A stretch of DNA of 64,000 nucleotides from an uncultured bacterium (GTDB lineage: Bacteria > Verrucomicrobiota > Kiritimatiellia > CAIKKV01 > CALHGX01), in the NCBI GenBank assembly GCA_938031185.1, contig CALHGX010000023.1:1715-65714 (forward strand), written 5' to 3'. The notes under the pieces were generated by a model that did no database searches, was not told where the DNA came from, and saw only the letters and a program-made list of their open reading frames with translations. Both the position numbers and the translations under genes were made by a program. Shown piece after piece: positions 46,206 to 56,656 of this stretch (its first letter is position 1; the number at the start of each line of letters is the position of its first letter).

Positions 46206-47246
46206 TCATCGCGCCATATCGGTTGCGGCGGTTCGATCGGGTCCGTTCAGGCGCTGCAGCAGGAGGGCGCAAGCTTGCCGGCCCGCTTCGCTGCGGTCTT
46301 CCCGCACCATGGTGAGCGGCGGCATACAGCAGTCGCCCACATACACCTGAATCTGATCGGGCTGTCCATCGCGTGTCTGCCCGAGATGATAATCGCCGAT
46401 TCCGACGATGCTCAAGTCGGCGGGCACACGCAGTCCGAGCTTGGCGGCCTCCTGCCAGGCGGCGACGGCCACATAGTCCGGCGCCGCCAGGACAGCGGTG
46501 GGGCGCAGGCGTTCCTGGAGCAGCGCCCGAATGGCGGCGCGGGTGGACGGCGTGCCCGCGTAGTCGGTGGCCACCACGCGCCGGTTCTCCGGTCCGAGGC
46601 CGGCCGCTTCCATGGCGCGCCGATAGCCGGCGACGCACTCGACTCCGGTGTGATGTGCCGGACAGGCCAGCACGGCAATGCGCCGATGGCCGGCTTTGCG
46701 CAGGGTTTCAACCGCGAGCAGGGCGGCGAGGCCGGTGTCGCACAGCACACTGAAGGCGATGCCCTCCGTTGGACTGAACAGTGCCACCATCGGAACGTCT
46801 CGTTGCTGGTACAGGTTGAGCATTTCTGGAGACGGCTTCTTCTCGACGCTCGCGATCAGCAGCCCTTCCACCCGCCGTTCCAGGCATATGTCCAGCGCTT
46901 CCGCCTGCCGGGCGGCCACATTGGCGCCGAAGTGCAGAATTTCAAAGCCGTGTGCGGCCGCGTGGTCATGGGCGCTTTGCACCGCCTCCACATGGTGGGG
47001 CGTTAACGGCGTGATGGCGCCGAGAAGAAAAGTGCGGCCGGTGGACAGCTCCCGCGCGGCCGCATGGGGATGATAGCCGCAGGCGGCCGCGGCTTCCAAT
47101 ATTCGTTGTCGGGTGACTTGGCTGACACGCTTGGTGTTGGGGAAACGCAGCGCAATGGACACGGCCGCCACGGAGACGTCCGCGCGGGCGGCCACATTCG
47201 CCAGAGACGGCCGGCTGATCGTTGAGGCGATTTTCTTTCTACCCAT
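46206..47246 (-). CDS. LacI family transcriptional regulator
   Basis: SLANVAARADVSVAAVS HTH, GHRRIA, RPTAV, VPADLSIVG, PPLT. Confidence 0.92.
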   Translation of the reverse strand: MGRKKIASTISRPSLANVAARADVSVAAVSIALRFPNTKRVSQVTRQRILEAAAACGYHPHAAARELSTGRTFLLGAITPLTPHHVEAVQSAHDHAAAHGFEILHFGANVAARQAEALDICLERRVEGLLIASVEKKPSPEMLNLYQQRDVPMVALFSPTEGIAFSVLCDTGLAALLAVETLRKAGHRRIAVLACPAHHTGVECVAGYRRAMEAAGLGPENRRVVATDYAGTPSTRAAIRALLQERLRPTAVLAAPDYVAVAAWQEAAKLGLRVPADLSIVGIGDYHLGQTRDGQPDQIQVYVGDCCMPPLTMVREDRSEAGRQACALLLQRLNGPDRTAATDMAR

Positions 47247-47340
47247 GGAGAGCCGAGTTTAGGACAGAATGGCTGCGGCATCAACCCAAGTTGTCAACTG
47301 CATTGCCGGCCGGCGGTGGGAAGAGGGGCTTGGGGATTTC

Positions 47341-49103
47341 TTACCAGACGGTCAGGTCGAGCACGAACGATTTGCCGTCGTCGTAGACCGCGGCGGCTCG
47401 ACGCCGGAGGGTTTCCATGCCGTTTGTTCCGGCCGCGGCCCGAGCCTGCCGAATCCACCTCTCATACGGCAGGTAGTAGTCAATATCCTGGTCCTCGTAG
47501 ATGTCGGTCTTGACGATGAGATGCGTGACATTCCATCGCTCCCGCAAGGCGCGCCAGGGGGCGACGTTGGTGGCGAAGTAGGCTTCAAAAAGCGCCCGTG
47601 TGCGGCGGCGGGTTTCGTGCACATAGTTTCGGTGGTAGGCGAGAGATGATTCCTTGCTCACCAGCACCCGACGGGCTGTCATGTAGGGAAGGGTATTGAT
47701 GACGCGGCTGTCGGGCCAGCCAGCTATCAAGGCGTCCGGCGGCAGGGTGGCGATGAACTCCAGCAGTCGACGATCCGCCCGATGGAGTCGGATGGACAAG
47801 TTGCGCCCGGCGCTTGGCATGCCGCCGAAAAGGGCCAGCACGGCGACGAGAAGAAGGGGGCCGCCCAAACGGCCGGTCCAGCCGCCCAGACCCGGATGGC
47901 GCCTTTCGAGAAGTGCGCCGAGTCGGCGGGACAGGAGCATAAGACTGAGCGGACCCAGCAGAATCCAGAGCAGTTGCGCGGGATAGCGGAACAGGCGATC
48001 GGGAAGATGCAAGAGCGGAAAGCCGAAATAGGCCACAAAGTGGCCGATCAACGTCGCCGGCACGAAGGCCCACAGGCGGCGCAGAGCGGGAAGGGATCGC
48101 CACCCGAGCGCCACGCCCGCGGCGGCCAAAAGGGTCCATGCCGCCGCAAAGCCACTGCCTGCGAGCGGCGGGACCACTTGGGCGTGGACGCGGGGCAAGA
48201 AAGGATTGTGCTTGTTGACGAACGCGGTCTCGACCGATTCGCGCCATTCGTTCCGAAGGCTTTCCATCCATGTGTCATCCATTCCGGGTGATCCGCGGCC
48301 TCGCTTTCCGGCCTCCGGATAGACCATCCAGTCCGCCGTTCCAAGGGGCGGGCCGTAAGGGCGCGTTGCCGCCAGGGTTGGCCAGTGGAGCAGCACGAGC
48401 AGCGCGGCCATGCCGGCAAGGAGCAGCAGGCGCTTGACGAAGGACGCGGGCGGCGCCTTTTTGCCGGATGCGCCGAAAAGCCACATAAGGCTCCAGGAAA
48501 GGAAAATGGTTACGGCCACAGGCGGATAAACCGCCATCGCTGCGGCCGAGAGGAGCGCCATGACGCCGTAATGTCCTTCCATGCACGCGGACATGGCGAA
48601 AGCCAGCAAGGGATAGCGAAGGCGCGAGGGAAGCCGCCTTCAATTCTATTGAGAAAGACGGGTGAAGACAGGGCCAGCGCCAGTGACGCTGCCGCGGCGA
48701 CGGGTCTGCCCAGCCGTCGTCCGCATCGGTACACACCGATCAGGAAAAGCGCAAAGCACGCGGCGGCGAGAATCCGCGCGAAGGGCCGCGGATCGGCTAC
48801 TCGCGACGCGGCGGTCATGAGAAATCGGTAGCCGATCGGATGACAGGCCCTCAGGTATTGCTCGGGATCGCCATGGCGCGCGCCGGCCGTCGAAGGAGGT
48901 ATCCGATAAGGGGCGATGTGCTGGCAGACATCGTCGGGGAAGGATGATCCGCCAAACACCTCGCGGTAATACGGAACCAAGGCGGGCATGAAAAGCGCGA
49001 CGATCAGGAAAGGCCGCCACCGCGCGAACACGCGCAACGGTCGAACGAGCGGCCGGGGCGTGCAGGCGAGCGGGGCAGCGATCGTCGGTTCATCCGGGAT
49101 CAT
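47341..49103 (-). pseudogene. GT-C-like polytopic membrane protein with a single frameshift near 48610 (pseudogene or assembly error)
   Basis: First frame MIPDE...IEGGFPRAFAIP continues as LLAFAMSAC in another frame. The joined product aligns with the 50065-51846 paralog; 1763 nt is one base short of 588 codons. Confidence 0.75.
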
Positions 49104-50050
49104 GACTTGCTGTTTAAGGGGCCATTCAAGTGCAAGTGTCGTCGCAAGAACGGGAGACCGCCGAGGGCGGGCAGAAGGTAGCGCGTGGTGCAGAGCCATC
49201 CGAGGGCGGCAGCGGCTTCGCGCGGCATATACGGCGCGTAGAAGAGCAACAGGGCCGTGTCGCGCGTGCCAACGCCGGCGAGCGTCAAAGGCAACAATCC
49301 GGCGAAGATGGCCAGCGCGCTCAGCCCCATGCTGTCCGCATAGGGCACGTTCTGCCCCAGGGCGCGGATGAACATCCATATCTGTGCCAGATGCAGGAAC
49401 CAGATGAAAAGGGAAACGGCCACGACGCCGAAGAGCATGGCGCGGCGCGACCAGAAGGCGCGATGCATCTCGAGCCACGACCGGTGGATGGATTCCACAC
49501 GACGCCGCCAGCAGCCTGAAAAGGGGCGCGCGATCTGCCGGAACAAGAACTCGGCCGTGCGCGCGTGGCCCAGCAACAACCAGCCGGCGGCCAGCGCGAC
49601 CGTGACGGCCGCTGTCAGCAGCCAGAACGAGGCGTTGTTTTTCGGCTGCATCAGCAACCCGACCGCGCACCACGCGAGCAGGGAGAGGGTGTCCAGCGTC
49701 TTCTCGAACACGACCAGCGGCAGCGCGAGAGCCGATTGCCGGGCATCGCGATCGCGGATGAAGGCCGCCTTGATCAGGTCGCCCATCTTGGATGGCAGAA
49801 GCAAATTGAGCACGCTGGCGGCCAGCGTCAACGAGACCGCTTCGCCCAATCCCATTCGAACGGAAGCGGGCGCCAGCCATGTCAGCCGCCAGCCGGTCAG
49901 GAGTGTGAGGGGGATGACCATACCGAGGCCGAGCAGCAACCAGCCCTTGTCGCAGCGGGCCAGGGTGTCCAGCATGCGGGGCGTGTCCAACCGCGAATAC
50001 AGCAGCGCCAGCAGTCCGAGGCTGACAAACAAGGCGAGCAGCTTTCGCAT
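49100..50050 (-). CDS. Lysylphosphatidylglycerol synthase TM-domain (UPF0104, flippase-like) protein
   Basis: NLLLPSKMGDLIKA, VFEKTLD, LPLTLAGVGTRD; multi-TM. Confidence 0.85.
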   Translation of the reverse strand: MRKLLALFVSLGLLALLYSRLDTPRMLDTLARCDKGWLLLGLGMVIPLTLLTGWRLTWLAPASVRMGLGEAVSLTLAASVLNLLLPSKMGDLIKAAFIRDRDARQSALALPLVVFEKTLDTLSLLAWCAVGLLMQPKNNASFWLLTAAVTVALAAGWLLLGHARTAEFLFRQIARPFSGCWRRRVESIHRSWLEMHRAFWSRRAMLFGVVAVSLFIWFLHLAQIWMFIRALGQNVPYADSMGLSALAIFAGLLPLTLAGVGTRDTALLLFYAPYMPREAAAALGWLCTTRYLLPALGGLPFLRRHLHLNGPLNSKS

Positions 50051-50064
50051 GGCAGGTGCTCCGG

Positions 50065-51846
50065 CTAGGGCGGTCCGGCGGCGGATTCCCCGGTCCAAAT
50101 CGCCGCGAGTTTTTCTGTGCCGACTACACGATAGTCGCGCCAATGGAAGACCACCGCCGCCGGCGGCGGATTGGCGAGGGCCAGTTCTTCCTTGCGGCGG
50201 CCGTTCAGCAGTTCGCGGAGGGTGGCATCGAACGGTTTGAAAAGTTGCGCATTGCGGACGAACTTCTTGCCGTAACGATCGTCGTGTAGCAGCAGGTGGG
50301 TGATGCCTTCGGCCCGGCAGAACGCCAGAACTTCGTTTCGGTTGGTGGCGTAGAGCGCCCGGAGCGTGCGTTCCGTCAGGGCTTTGTTTCGTTTCCAGGA
50401 CTCGTCCAGCCAAGGGAGAAGCTGTTCGGCGCCCGGTGTTATGGAAAGCGCCGTCCAGAACGGCACGCTTTCGGTATCGAAGGGGTGCCCGGCTATCCGG
50501 CTGTCGGCCGGGAGCGTTCTCAAGAACTCCCACAAGGGCCATTCCCGGCGCCCATTGAGACGCATGCCGGCATCGCGCTGAATACCGTCCCCGCCCCAGA
50601 ACAGCAAGGCGGCCATGAAAGCCGTTGCGGCCAGGTTGCGGTGCGTGGCGCGCCGGGCGCGATGCCGATCTCTCGGCCAAAGCAGCCCGATGGAGGAAAT
50701 CGCCAAGGCCAAGGGGAACATGGTCATGCCGTATTGCAGATATCGTTCGGGTATGTAGAGCAGACGGAACGCGAAGCGGCGCGCCAAGCCGTACAGGATC
50801 GGGGAGGCTAACAGGATGGAAAAGGCGGCGGTGGGCGAGGGACTTCGGCGCCAGAGGGGCAGCAGGCCCGCCGCGACGATCCATGCGAAGGGGCCCCACT
50901 GGCGCAGGCGCCGCGGCCATCGCGGCGGATGAAAATACGTGCTGTCGCTGTTGGGATTGAAGGCGGTGGCCAGGTAAATCCGCATGGTTTTCCAGGGCGG
51001 GGCGAAGGGCACCTTCTCGGTGCGGCCGCCATGTTGAAACGCGGGATCGGCCAGTGTTTCCCGAACGGTGGGCAAGCGGCCGCGCCGGGGTTTGAGAAAA
51101 GCGTTGTCCACGGACACCACCGCATAACAGCAAAGCGCGAGAACCGCGAAACGCAGCAGGCTCCGCCGGAAGGCAGGTGAACGGAAACGGACGCCCTGCC
51201 ACAGGCGAAACAGGCCTTCGGCGCCAAGCAGGAGGGCCATGATGGTCGGGTATGTTGCGGACGCCAGGAGCAGCGAGGCGCCACGGGCGATGGGACGGCG
51301 CGACAGCGCACCGGCGAGCCACAGCGCCATCAGGGGATAGCCGAATGCCCGTTGCAGGCCGCCCGCCATGTTTTCGACGATGTTATCCGTTCGCAGCATC
51401 AGAAACCCCAGAAGGATGGCCGCCGCCAGCCCTGCCCGGCGCGAACGGGCCAGGATCCACATGGAGATGGCCACGATCAGATAGGCGAGGGCCTTGACCA
51501 GCTTGGCGGCGGCAAACAAGCCGCACCAAGGCACAAAAAGGCGGTACAACGCGCGAATGCCTATGGTGGAAAATGCCAGCATGTCGAGGGCGAGCGGATC
51601 CTCCGCGAGGCGGGGCGGGTTGGCGTAACGGTGGAAGGGGAACAGGTGAATTCGGGCATCCGTGCACTGAATCAGGGGATCGAAGAGCGAACGGTGGTTG
51701 GCGTGCACCCAGCATCCGGCATGGATGAAAAAAAGCGCCCAAAGCAGGACGATGCTGATGACATGCCAGCGCCTCCAACGCGCGTGGGCCGGCGCGCTCC
51801 CGCTTGGCGGGACGGGTTGCGGATCGTTTTTCGGCGCGTTGGTCAT
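50065..51846 (-). CDS. Polytopic membrane protein, GT-C glycosyltransferase-like
   Basis: N-terminal TM then an acidic loop (TDAR), many TMs, PERY motif, periplasmic C-domain ending GITHLLL. Confidence 0.6.
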   Translation of the reverse strand: MTNAPKNDPQPVPPSGSAPAHARWRRWHVISIVLLWALFFIHAGCWVHANHRSLFDPLIQCTDARIHLFPFHRYANPPRLAEDPLALDMLAFSTIGIRALYRLFVPWCGLFAAAKLVKALAYLIVAISMWILARSRRAGLAAAILLGFLMLRTDNIVENMAGGLQRAFGYPLMALWLAGALSRRPIARGASLLLASATYPTIMALLLGAEGLFRLWQGVRFRSPAFRRSLLRFAVLALCCYAVVSVDNAFLKPRRGRLPTVRETLADPAFQHGGRTEKVPFAPPWKTMRIYLATAFNPNSDSTYFHPPRWPRRLRQWGPFAWIVAAGLLPLWRRSPSPTAAFSILLASPILYGLARRFAFRLLYIPERYLQYGMTMFPLALAISSIGLLWPRDRHRARRATHRNLAATAFMAALLFWGGDGIQRDAGMRLNGRREWPLWEFLRTLPADSRIAGHPFDTESVPFWTALSITPGAEQLLPWLDESWKRNKALTERTLRALYATNRNEVLAFCRAEGITHLLLHDDRYGKKFVRNAQLFKPFDATLRELLNGRRKEELALANPPPAAVVFHWRDYRVVGTEKLAAIWTGESAAGPP

Positions 51847-51875
51847 GACGATGGATTGGATGGGAGGGTTCCTCG

Positions 51876-52373
51876 CTACAGCCCTTGGGCGGACAGGCTG
51901 CGAAGCAAGGTCCAGTAGAGCAGATGATTCGCCGCGAGACTTTGCAGACCCGAGACCGCGTCATCCAGCACGATGCCCCAGCCGCCGGGCAGGCGCTGCA
52001 TCTGACGCGCCGGCGGAAGTTTCAGGACGTCAAAGAAGCGGTGAAAAAAGAAGGCGGCGAGAAGCGTCCAGGGCGTGATCGGCACTCCGATCATCGTGAG
52101 CGGGAAGGTAAGGTATTCGTCCGCGACGATGCGGCGGTCATCCTTGCGGCCGAAATGCCGTTCGGCCATGCCGCAGATGGGAATGGCCGGCAGGATCATG
52201 GCGACGGCCAGAAGGGCGTGACCGAGGACGCCGGTTTTGGCGGCGGCCCAGGCGAGCGGCAGGCCGGGCAAGGTGCCCACCGTGCCGGGCATCCATCGGG
52301 AGCGGCCGGCCCCAAACCCCGTGGCGATCGCCAGCCACAGGCGCTGCAAAGCGGAAAGAAACGTGGATTGCAT
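51876..52373 (-). CDS. pgpA: Phosphatidylglycerophosphatase A
   Basis: ATGFGAG, PGTVGTL, KDDRRIVADE, FRFFDVLK-like (HRFFDVLK), GGWGIVLDD. Confidence 0.92.
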   Translation of the reverse strand: MQSTFLSALQRLWLAIATGFGAGRSRWMPGTVGTLPGLPLAWAAAKTGVLGHALLAVAMILPAIPICGMAERHFGRKDDRRIVADEYLTFPLTMIGVPITPWTLLAAFFFHRFFDVLKLPPARQMQRLPGGWGIVLDDAVSGLQSLAANHLLYWTLLRSLSAQGL

Positions 52374-52496
52374 GGCCTTCAGCATAGCGGCTTGCGGCGT
52401 CGGCGCAACGGAAAAGGCGTGCGGCGGGGGATCGTTCTTGCGGGGGCGGTTTACGGTGTGCGATAGTGGAAGGGATATTACCGCGGATGGTGCGGC

Positions 52497-53231
52497 ATGC
52501 AGGAGGCGATTCGTCGGGTCTGGATACCCCTGCCTCGCGTGGCGGGGATTGACATGAGCGTCACGAATGACGTGGCGCTGCTGTGGGTTGCGGCGGCGCT
52601 GACCTTCGTGGTGTTGTTGCCGGTGTGCCGACGGCGCACCCTCGTGGCGCGGGGGTTCTATCAGAATCTGGTCGAGGGTTTGATCGAACTGGTGGAACGG
52701 GAAATCGTGGCCGACAGCGTGGGACGTCGGGGGCGCTTCTGGGCGTCCTTCCTGCTGACGCTGTTCTTTTTCATCTTGTTCAGCAATCTGCTGGGCCTGG
52801 TTCCGTTGCCGCAGGTGTTCGAATCCGTCACGGCGGACATCAACGTCGCGGCGGCCCTGGCGCTGATGGTGTTTGGCGTGACCGTTTTCCTCAGCATCCG
52901 GCGGCGCGGGCTGCTCGGTTTTGCCCGCTCGTTCCTGCCGGCGGGCGTGCCCTGGTGGCTGGGATTTCTCGTGGTGCCGATCGAGATCATCAGTTGGGTG
53001 GCGCGGCCCATTTCGCTGGCCGTGCGATTGTTCGCCAACATGATGGCCGGTCATGCGCTGTTGTTTGTTTTTATCGGGTTGGCGATGGGCTCGGTGGCCC
53101 TGCTTAAGCCGCTGCCGCTGGCGGGGGCGATTTTCATGGACGTATTCGAGCTGTTCGTCTGTTTTATACAGGCGTTCATCTTCACGATGTTGGCGGGCAT
53201 TTACATCCGCGAGGCGATGGAAGAGACCTGA
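52497..53231 (+). CDS. atpB: F0F1 ATP synthase subunit a
   Basis: SNLLGLVP, PISLAVRLFANMMAGH (essential Arg), ELFVCFIQAFIF. Confidence 0.95.
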   Translation: MQEAIRRVWIPLPRVAGIDMSVTNDVALLWVAAALTFVVLLPVCRRRTLVARGFYQNLVEGLIELVEREIVADSVGRRGRFWASFLLTLFFFILFSNLLGLVPLPQVFESVTADINVAAALALMVFGVTVFLSIRRRGLLGFARSFLPAGVPWWLGFLVVPIEIISWVARPISLAVRLFANMMAGHALLFVFIGLAMGSVALLKPLPLAGAIFMDVFELFVCFIQAFIFTMLAGIYIREAMEET

Positions 53232-53480
<249 letters not shown>

Positions 53481-53493
53481 GAGAGGAAAGACA

Positions 53494-53985
53494 GTGAACT
53501 TGACGATCGATCCCGGCCTGGTGGTCTGGACGTTGATCACCTTTGCGGGGTTGCTCCTGGTGCTGTCCCGGGTGGCCTTCAAACCCCTGCAGAAGATTTT
53601 GTCCGAACGGGAGCGGCTGATCGAAGAGTCGTTGCGCAAGGCGGCTGAAGCCGCGGAGGAGGTGGAGCGGATTCGCCGGCGGAACGAAGAGGCGATGGGG
53701 GCGGCTCGTGCGGAAGCGGCCCGCATTTTGGAAGAAAGCCGCCATCTGGCTGCCGAAGCGAGGCAGGAAAGCCTGCGGGAAGCCCGGCGCGAAGCGGAGG
53801 CCATCCTGGCGGAGGCGCGCAATGAGATGGATCGGGAAATCCGCCGGGGGCTGGACGAACTGAAGCAGACGGTGGCGAATTTGTCGGTGCGGGTGGCGCA
53901 GGAAGTGATCCGCGAAGAGATGAATCCCGAACGCCATGAGGCGTTGGTGAAGGATTTTGTGGAGCGATTGAAACGGGCCTCATGA
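53494..53985 (+). CDS. atpF: F0F1 ATP synthase subunit b
   Basis: PGLVVWTLITF...AFKPL...ERERLI followed by a coiled coil. Confidence 0.93.
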   Translation: MNLTIDPGLVVWTLITFAGLLLVLSRVAFKPLQKILSERERLIEESLRKAAEAAEEVERIRRRNEEAMGAARAEAARILEESRHLAAEARQESLREARREAEAILAEARNEMDREIRRGLDELKQTVANLSVRVAQEVIREEMNPERHEALVKDFVERLKRAS

Positions 53986-54521
53986 CGGCGGAAAGCCAAA
54001 GAGCCGCGCACTACGCTGCCGCCCTGGCCGCGCTGGGACGGGCGGCCGAACTGGACGGCCGGCTGGATCGGGACGTGGCCGAAACGCTTGACCTGCTGGC
54101 GGGCCATGCCATGCTGGATGCAGCGGAATCGGATGCGCGGATAGCCCCGGAAGGGCGCCGCGCCATCCTGCGCGAATTGCTGGGCGAGACGGCGCACCCT
54201 ATCTGGCTGGGCTTTCTGGAAACGCTGGCCTCCGCGGGGGACTGGCACCTGCTGCGGGATATCGCGGCGGCGTATTTCGAGGAGCGGGGCCGCCTGTCAG
54301 GCGGTTTGGCCGGCGAGATCGCCTCGGCCTATCCGCTGGATGAGAACTCAGTGCGGGCGCTGGAAGAGGCGGTGCGGTTTCGCCTGGGACGGCCGGTGCG
54401 ACTGCATGTGCGGATCAGGCCGGAGTTGGTGGGCGGCGTGGCCGTTCGGGTCGGAGACTGGTTGATAGACGGAACGGTGTTGGCGGGGCTGAAGCGAATG
54501 CGGGAGGCGTTGACGGCATGA
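53982..54521 (+). CDS. atpH: F0F1 ATP synthase subunit delta
   Basis: AAHYAAAL, SAYPL, PELVGGVAVRVGDWLIDGTV. Confidence 0.9.
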   Translation: MTAESQRAAHYAAALAALGRAAELDGRLDRDVAETLDLLAGHAMLDAAESDARIAPEGRRAILRELLGETAHPIWLGFLETLASAGDWHLLRDIAAAYFEERGRLSGGLAGEIASAYPLDENSVRALEEAVRFRLGRPVRLHVRIRPELVGGVAVRVGDWLIDGTVLAGLKRMREALTA

Positions 54522-56656
54522 TACGGCGCGTGTGGTATGTGGTGGGGCTGGCCGGCTTGGGGGCGATGGCGGCGGCTTTGATGAAGGCGCCGGTGGCAGC
54601 GGAGGCGCCGTCCGGGCCCACCAAGGGCATTCTGGCGCCGGACCGCAAGGAACAGGAGGCGGCGAGATTGTTCGCGCAGCGGTTTCCCCGGGGCCACTTG
54701 CGGCGGTTGGAGCTGGATGTTTCGGTCGCCACCAACGCCATTGAAATTTATCTATCCACGCTGGATTTCGACCGCAGCTACTTCCTCGCCTCGGATGTCC
54801 AGTCGTTTCGGGCGCGCGCACCGCAGGCGGCGGAGGCCCTCCGGGCCGGCGAACTGCAACTGGCGTTCGACATATTTGAAGTGTTCCGCGCCCGCGTTCG
54901 CGACCGCGTTGCCTATGTGGATCGCCTGCTGGCGGAGGGGTTCGATGTGGATCGCGACGAAAGTTATTTATGGAAACGCCGCGACGCGCCGTGGCCGGAG
55001 GGGCCGGCGGAATGGAACGAGCTGTGGCGCAAGAAGATAAAGAACGAGTACGTGGCTCGGCTGGTCGCTCGCAAGCTGGCCGAGGAAACGCAGGCCGACA
55101 AAGCGGGGGGCGTCACCAACGGCGTGGCTGAGGAGAGCTTGGCGCCCGAGGCGTTCATTCGCAAGCGTTATGAACAGTACCTCACGATTCTGGAAGACTA
55201 CGATGCGGAATCCGTTGTCCAGCGCTACTTGAGCGCCTTCGCGCAGGTGTACGACCCGCACTCGGACTACATGACCCGCGATGGAACGGAGGATTTCGAC
55301 ATCGGCATGAAGCTGTCGCTCATGGGCATCGGCGCGCTGCTCAGTGCGGAAGACGGCATGGCCAAGGTGGAGCGGATCATACCCGGCGGGCCGGCCGATC
55401 GGGACGGCCGGCTCAAGGCCGGGGATCGCATCGTTGCGGTCGCGGAAGGCGACGGTCCGCCGGTCAGCATTCTGCATTGGCCCCTGCATAAGGCGGTGCA
55501 GGCGATTCGCGGGGCGAAAGGCACACGGGTGGTTCTGACCGTCGTTCCGGCGTCGGACATTTCGGGCGCCATCACAGTGAAGATTGACCTGATTCGAGAC
55601 GAGGTGCAGTTGGAGGAGCAGGCGGCCAAAGGGCGGATCGAGGAGATCGAAGCGGCACCGGGGCGGACCAACCGGCTGGGGGTCGTTTCGTTGCCGGCCT
55701 TTTACGTGGACATCCGCAACCGGATCAACGAGCCGAAGGGCGAGTTTCGCAGTTCGTCGCGCGATGTCGCGCGGCTCCTGACGGAACTGCAGGCGCAGGG
55801 CGCCGAGGGCATGGTGCTCGACTTGCGCAACAACGGCGGAGGTTCGCTCACCGAAGCGGTGGAGATGACGGGGCTCTTTTTCGAATCGGGGCCGGTGGTG
55901 CAGGTCAAGGAACGCCGGGGCATTCAGGTGCTGGGCGATGCCGATCCAGCCGTGGTGTATGGCGGGCCGCTGGTGGTGCTGGTGAACCGCCAGAGCGCGT
56001 CGGCGTCGGAAATTCTGGCGGGTGCGTTGCAGGACTACGGCCGGGCCGTGATCGTGGGGGACGCCAAGACCCACGGCAAGGGGACGGTGCAATCGTTGGT
56101 GGCGTTGGACGACAAGCGCCCCGAGATGGGTTCCATCAAAGTCACCACGGCCAGTTTCCACCGCATCGCCGGGGGCTCGACGCAGTTGCGGGGCGTGACC
56201 CCGGACATCGTTGTCTCCTCCTTGCTCGATGCGCTGGAGATCGGCGAGGAGTACCTGCCTCATGCCATGGCTTGGACGGTGGTGGGGCGGGCGTTGTATC
56301 GTCCGACGGCGCAGGTCACGCAGTGGATTCCGGAATTGCGGGAGCGGTCGCTGGCTCGCCGGCGCGCCGATCCTCGTTTTGTGGCGCACGAGGAAATGGT
56401 GCAACGCCTGGCGGAGCGGCATCGTTCGCGCGAGATGTCGCTGCGTCTGGCGGACCGCCTTGAGCTGGCCCGGATCGAACGACGGCTGGGGGCGGCGGAG
56501 GAGCACGAAACCGGGGAGGAACCCGGCCCGCCCGAACGGAGCAAGGACCTGGCGATGGAAGAGGCGCTGCGCATATTGTGCGACCTGATTGATTTGAGCC
56601 AAGGAAGGAGTTCCACGAATGGAAATTCCGTTTTGGAAGATGCACGGGGCCGGTAA
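54518..56656 (+). CDS. prc: Carboxy-terminal processing protease (S41A, Prc/Tsp type)
   Basis: DPHSDY, GIGA PDZ, DLRNNGGGSL, SASASE (Ser), HGKGTVQ (Lys), GVTPDI. Confidence 0.93.
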   Translation: MIRRVWYVVGLAGLGAMAAALMKAPVAAEAPSGPTKGILAPDRKEQEAARLFAQRFPRGHLRRLELDVSVATNAIEIYLSTLDFDRSYFLASDVQSFRARAPQAAEALRAGELQLAFDIFEVFRARVRDRVAYVDRLLAEGFDVDRDESYLWKRRDAPWPEGPAEWNELWRKKIKNEYVARLVARKLAEETQADKAGGVTNGVAEESLAPEAFIRKRYEQYLTILEDYDAESVVQRYLSAFAQVYDPHSDYMTRDGTEDFDIGMKLSLMGIGALLSAEDGMAKVERIIPGGPADRDGRLKAGDRIVAVAEGDGPPVSILHWPLHKAVQAIRGAKGTRVVLTVVPASDISGAITVKIDLIRDEVQLEEQAAKGRIEEIEAAPGRTNRLGVVSLPAFYVDIRNRINEPKGEFRSSSRDVARLLTELQAQGAEGMVLDLRNNGGGSLTEAVEMTGLFFESGPVVQVKERRGIQVLGDADPAVVYGGPLVVLVNRQSASASEILAGALQDYGRAVIVGDAKTHGKGTVQSLVALDDKRPEMGSIKVTTASFHRIAGGSTQLRGVTPDIVVSSLLDALEIGEEYLPHAMAWTVVGRALYRPTAQVTQWIPELRERSLARRRADPRFVAHEEMVQRLAERHRSREMSLRLADRLELARIERRLGAAEEHETGEEPGPPERSKDLAMEEALRILCDLIDLSQGRSSTNGNSVLEDARGR

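Noticed and set aside
49100-51322. 740-aa ORF overlapping the GT-C-like gene on the same strand
   Set aside because: Only the last 316 aa (from 50050) look like protein. The rest is Arg/Pro-rich off-frame read-through typical of high-GC DNA.
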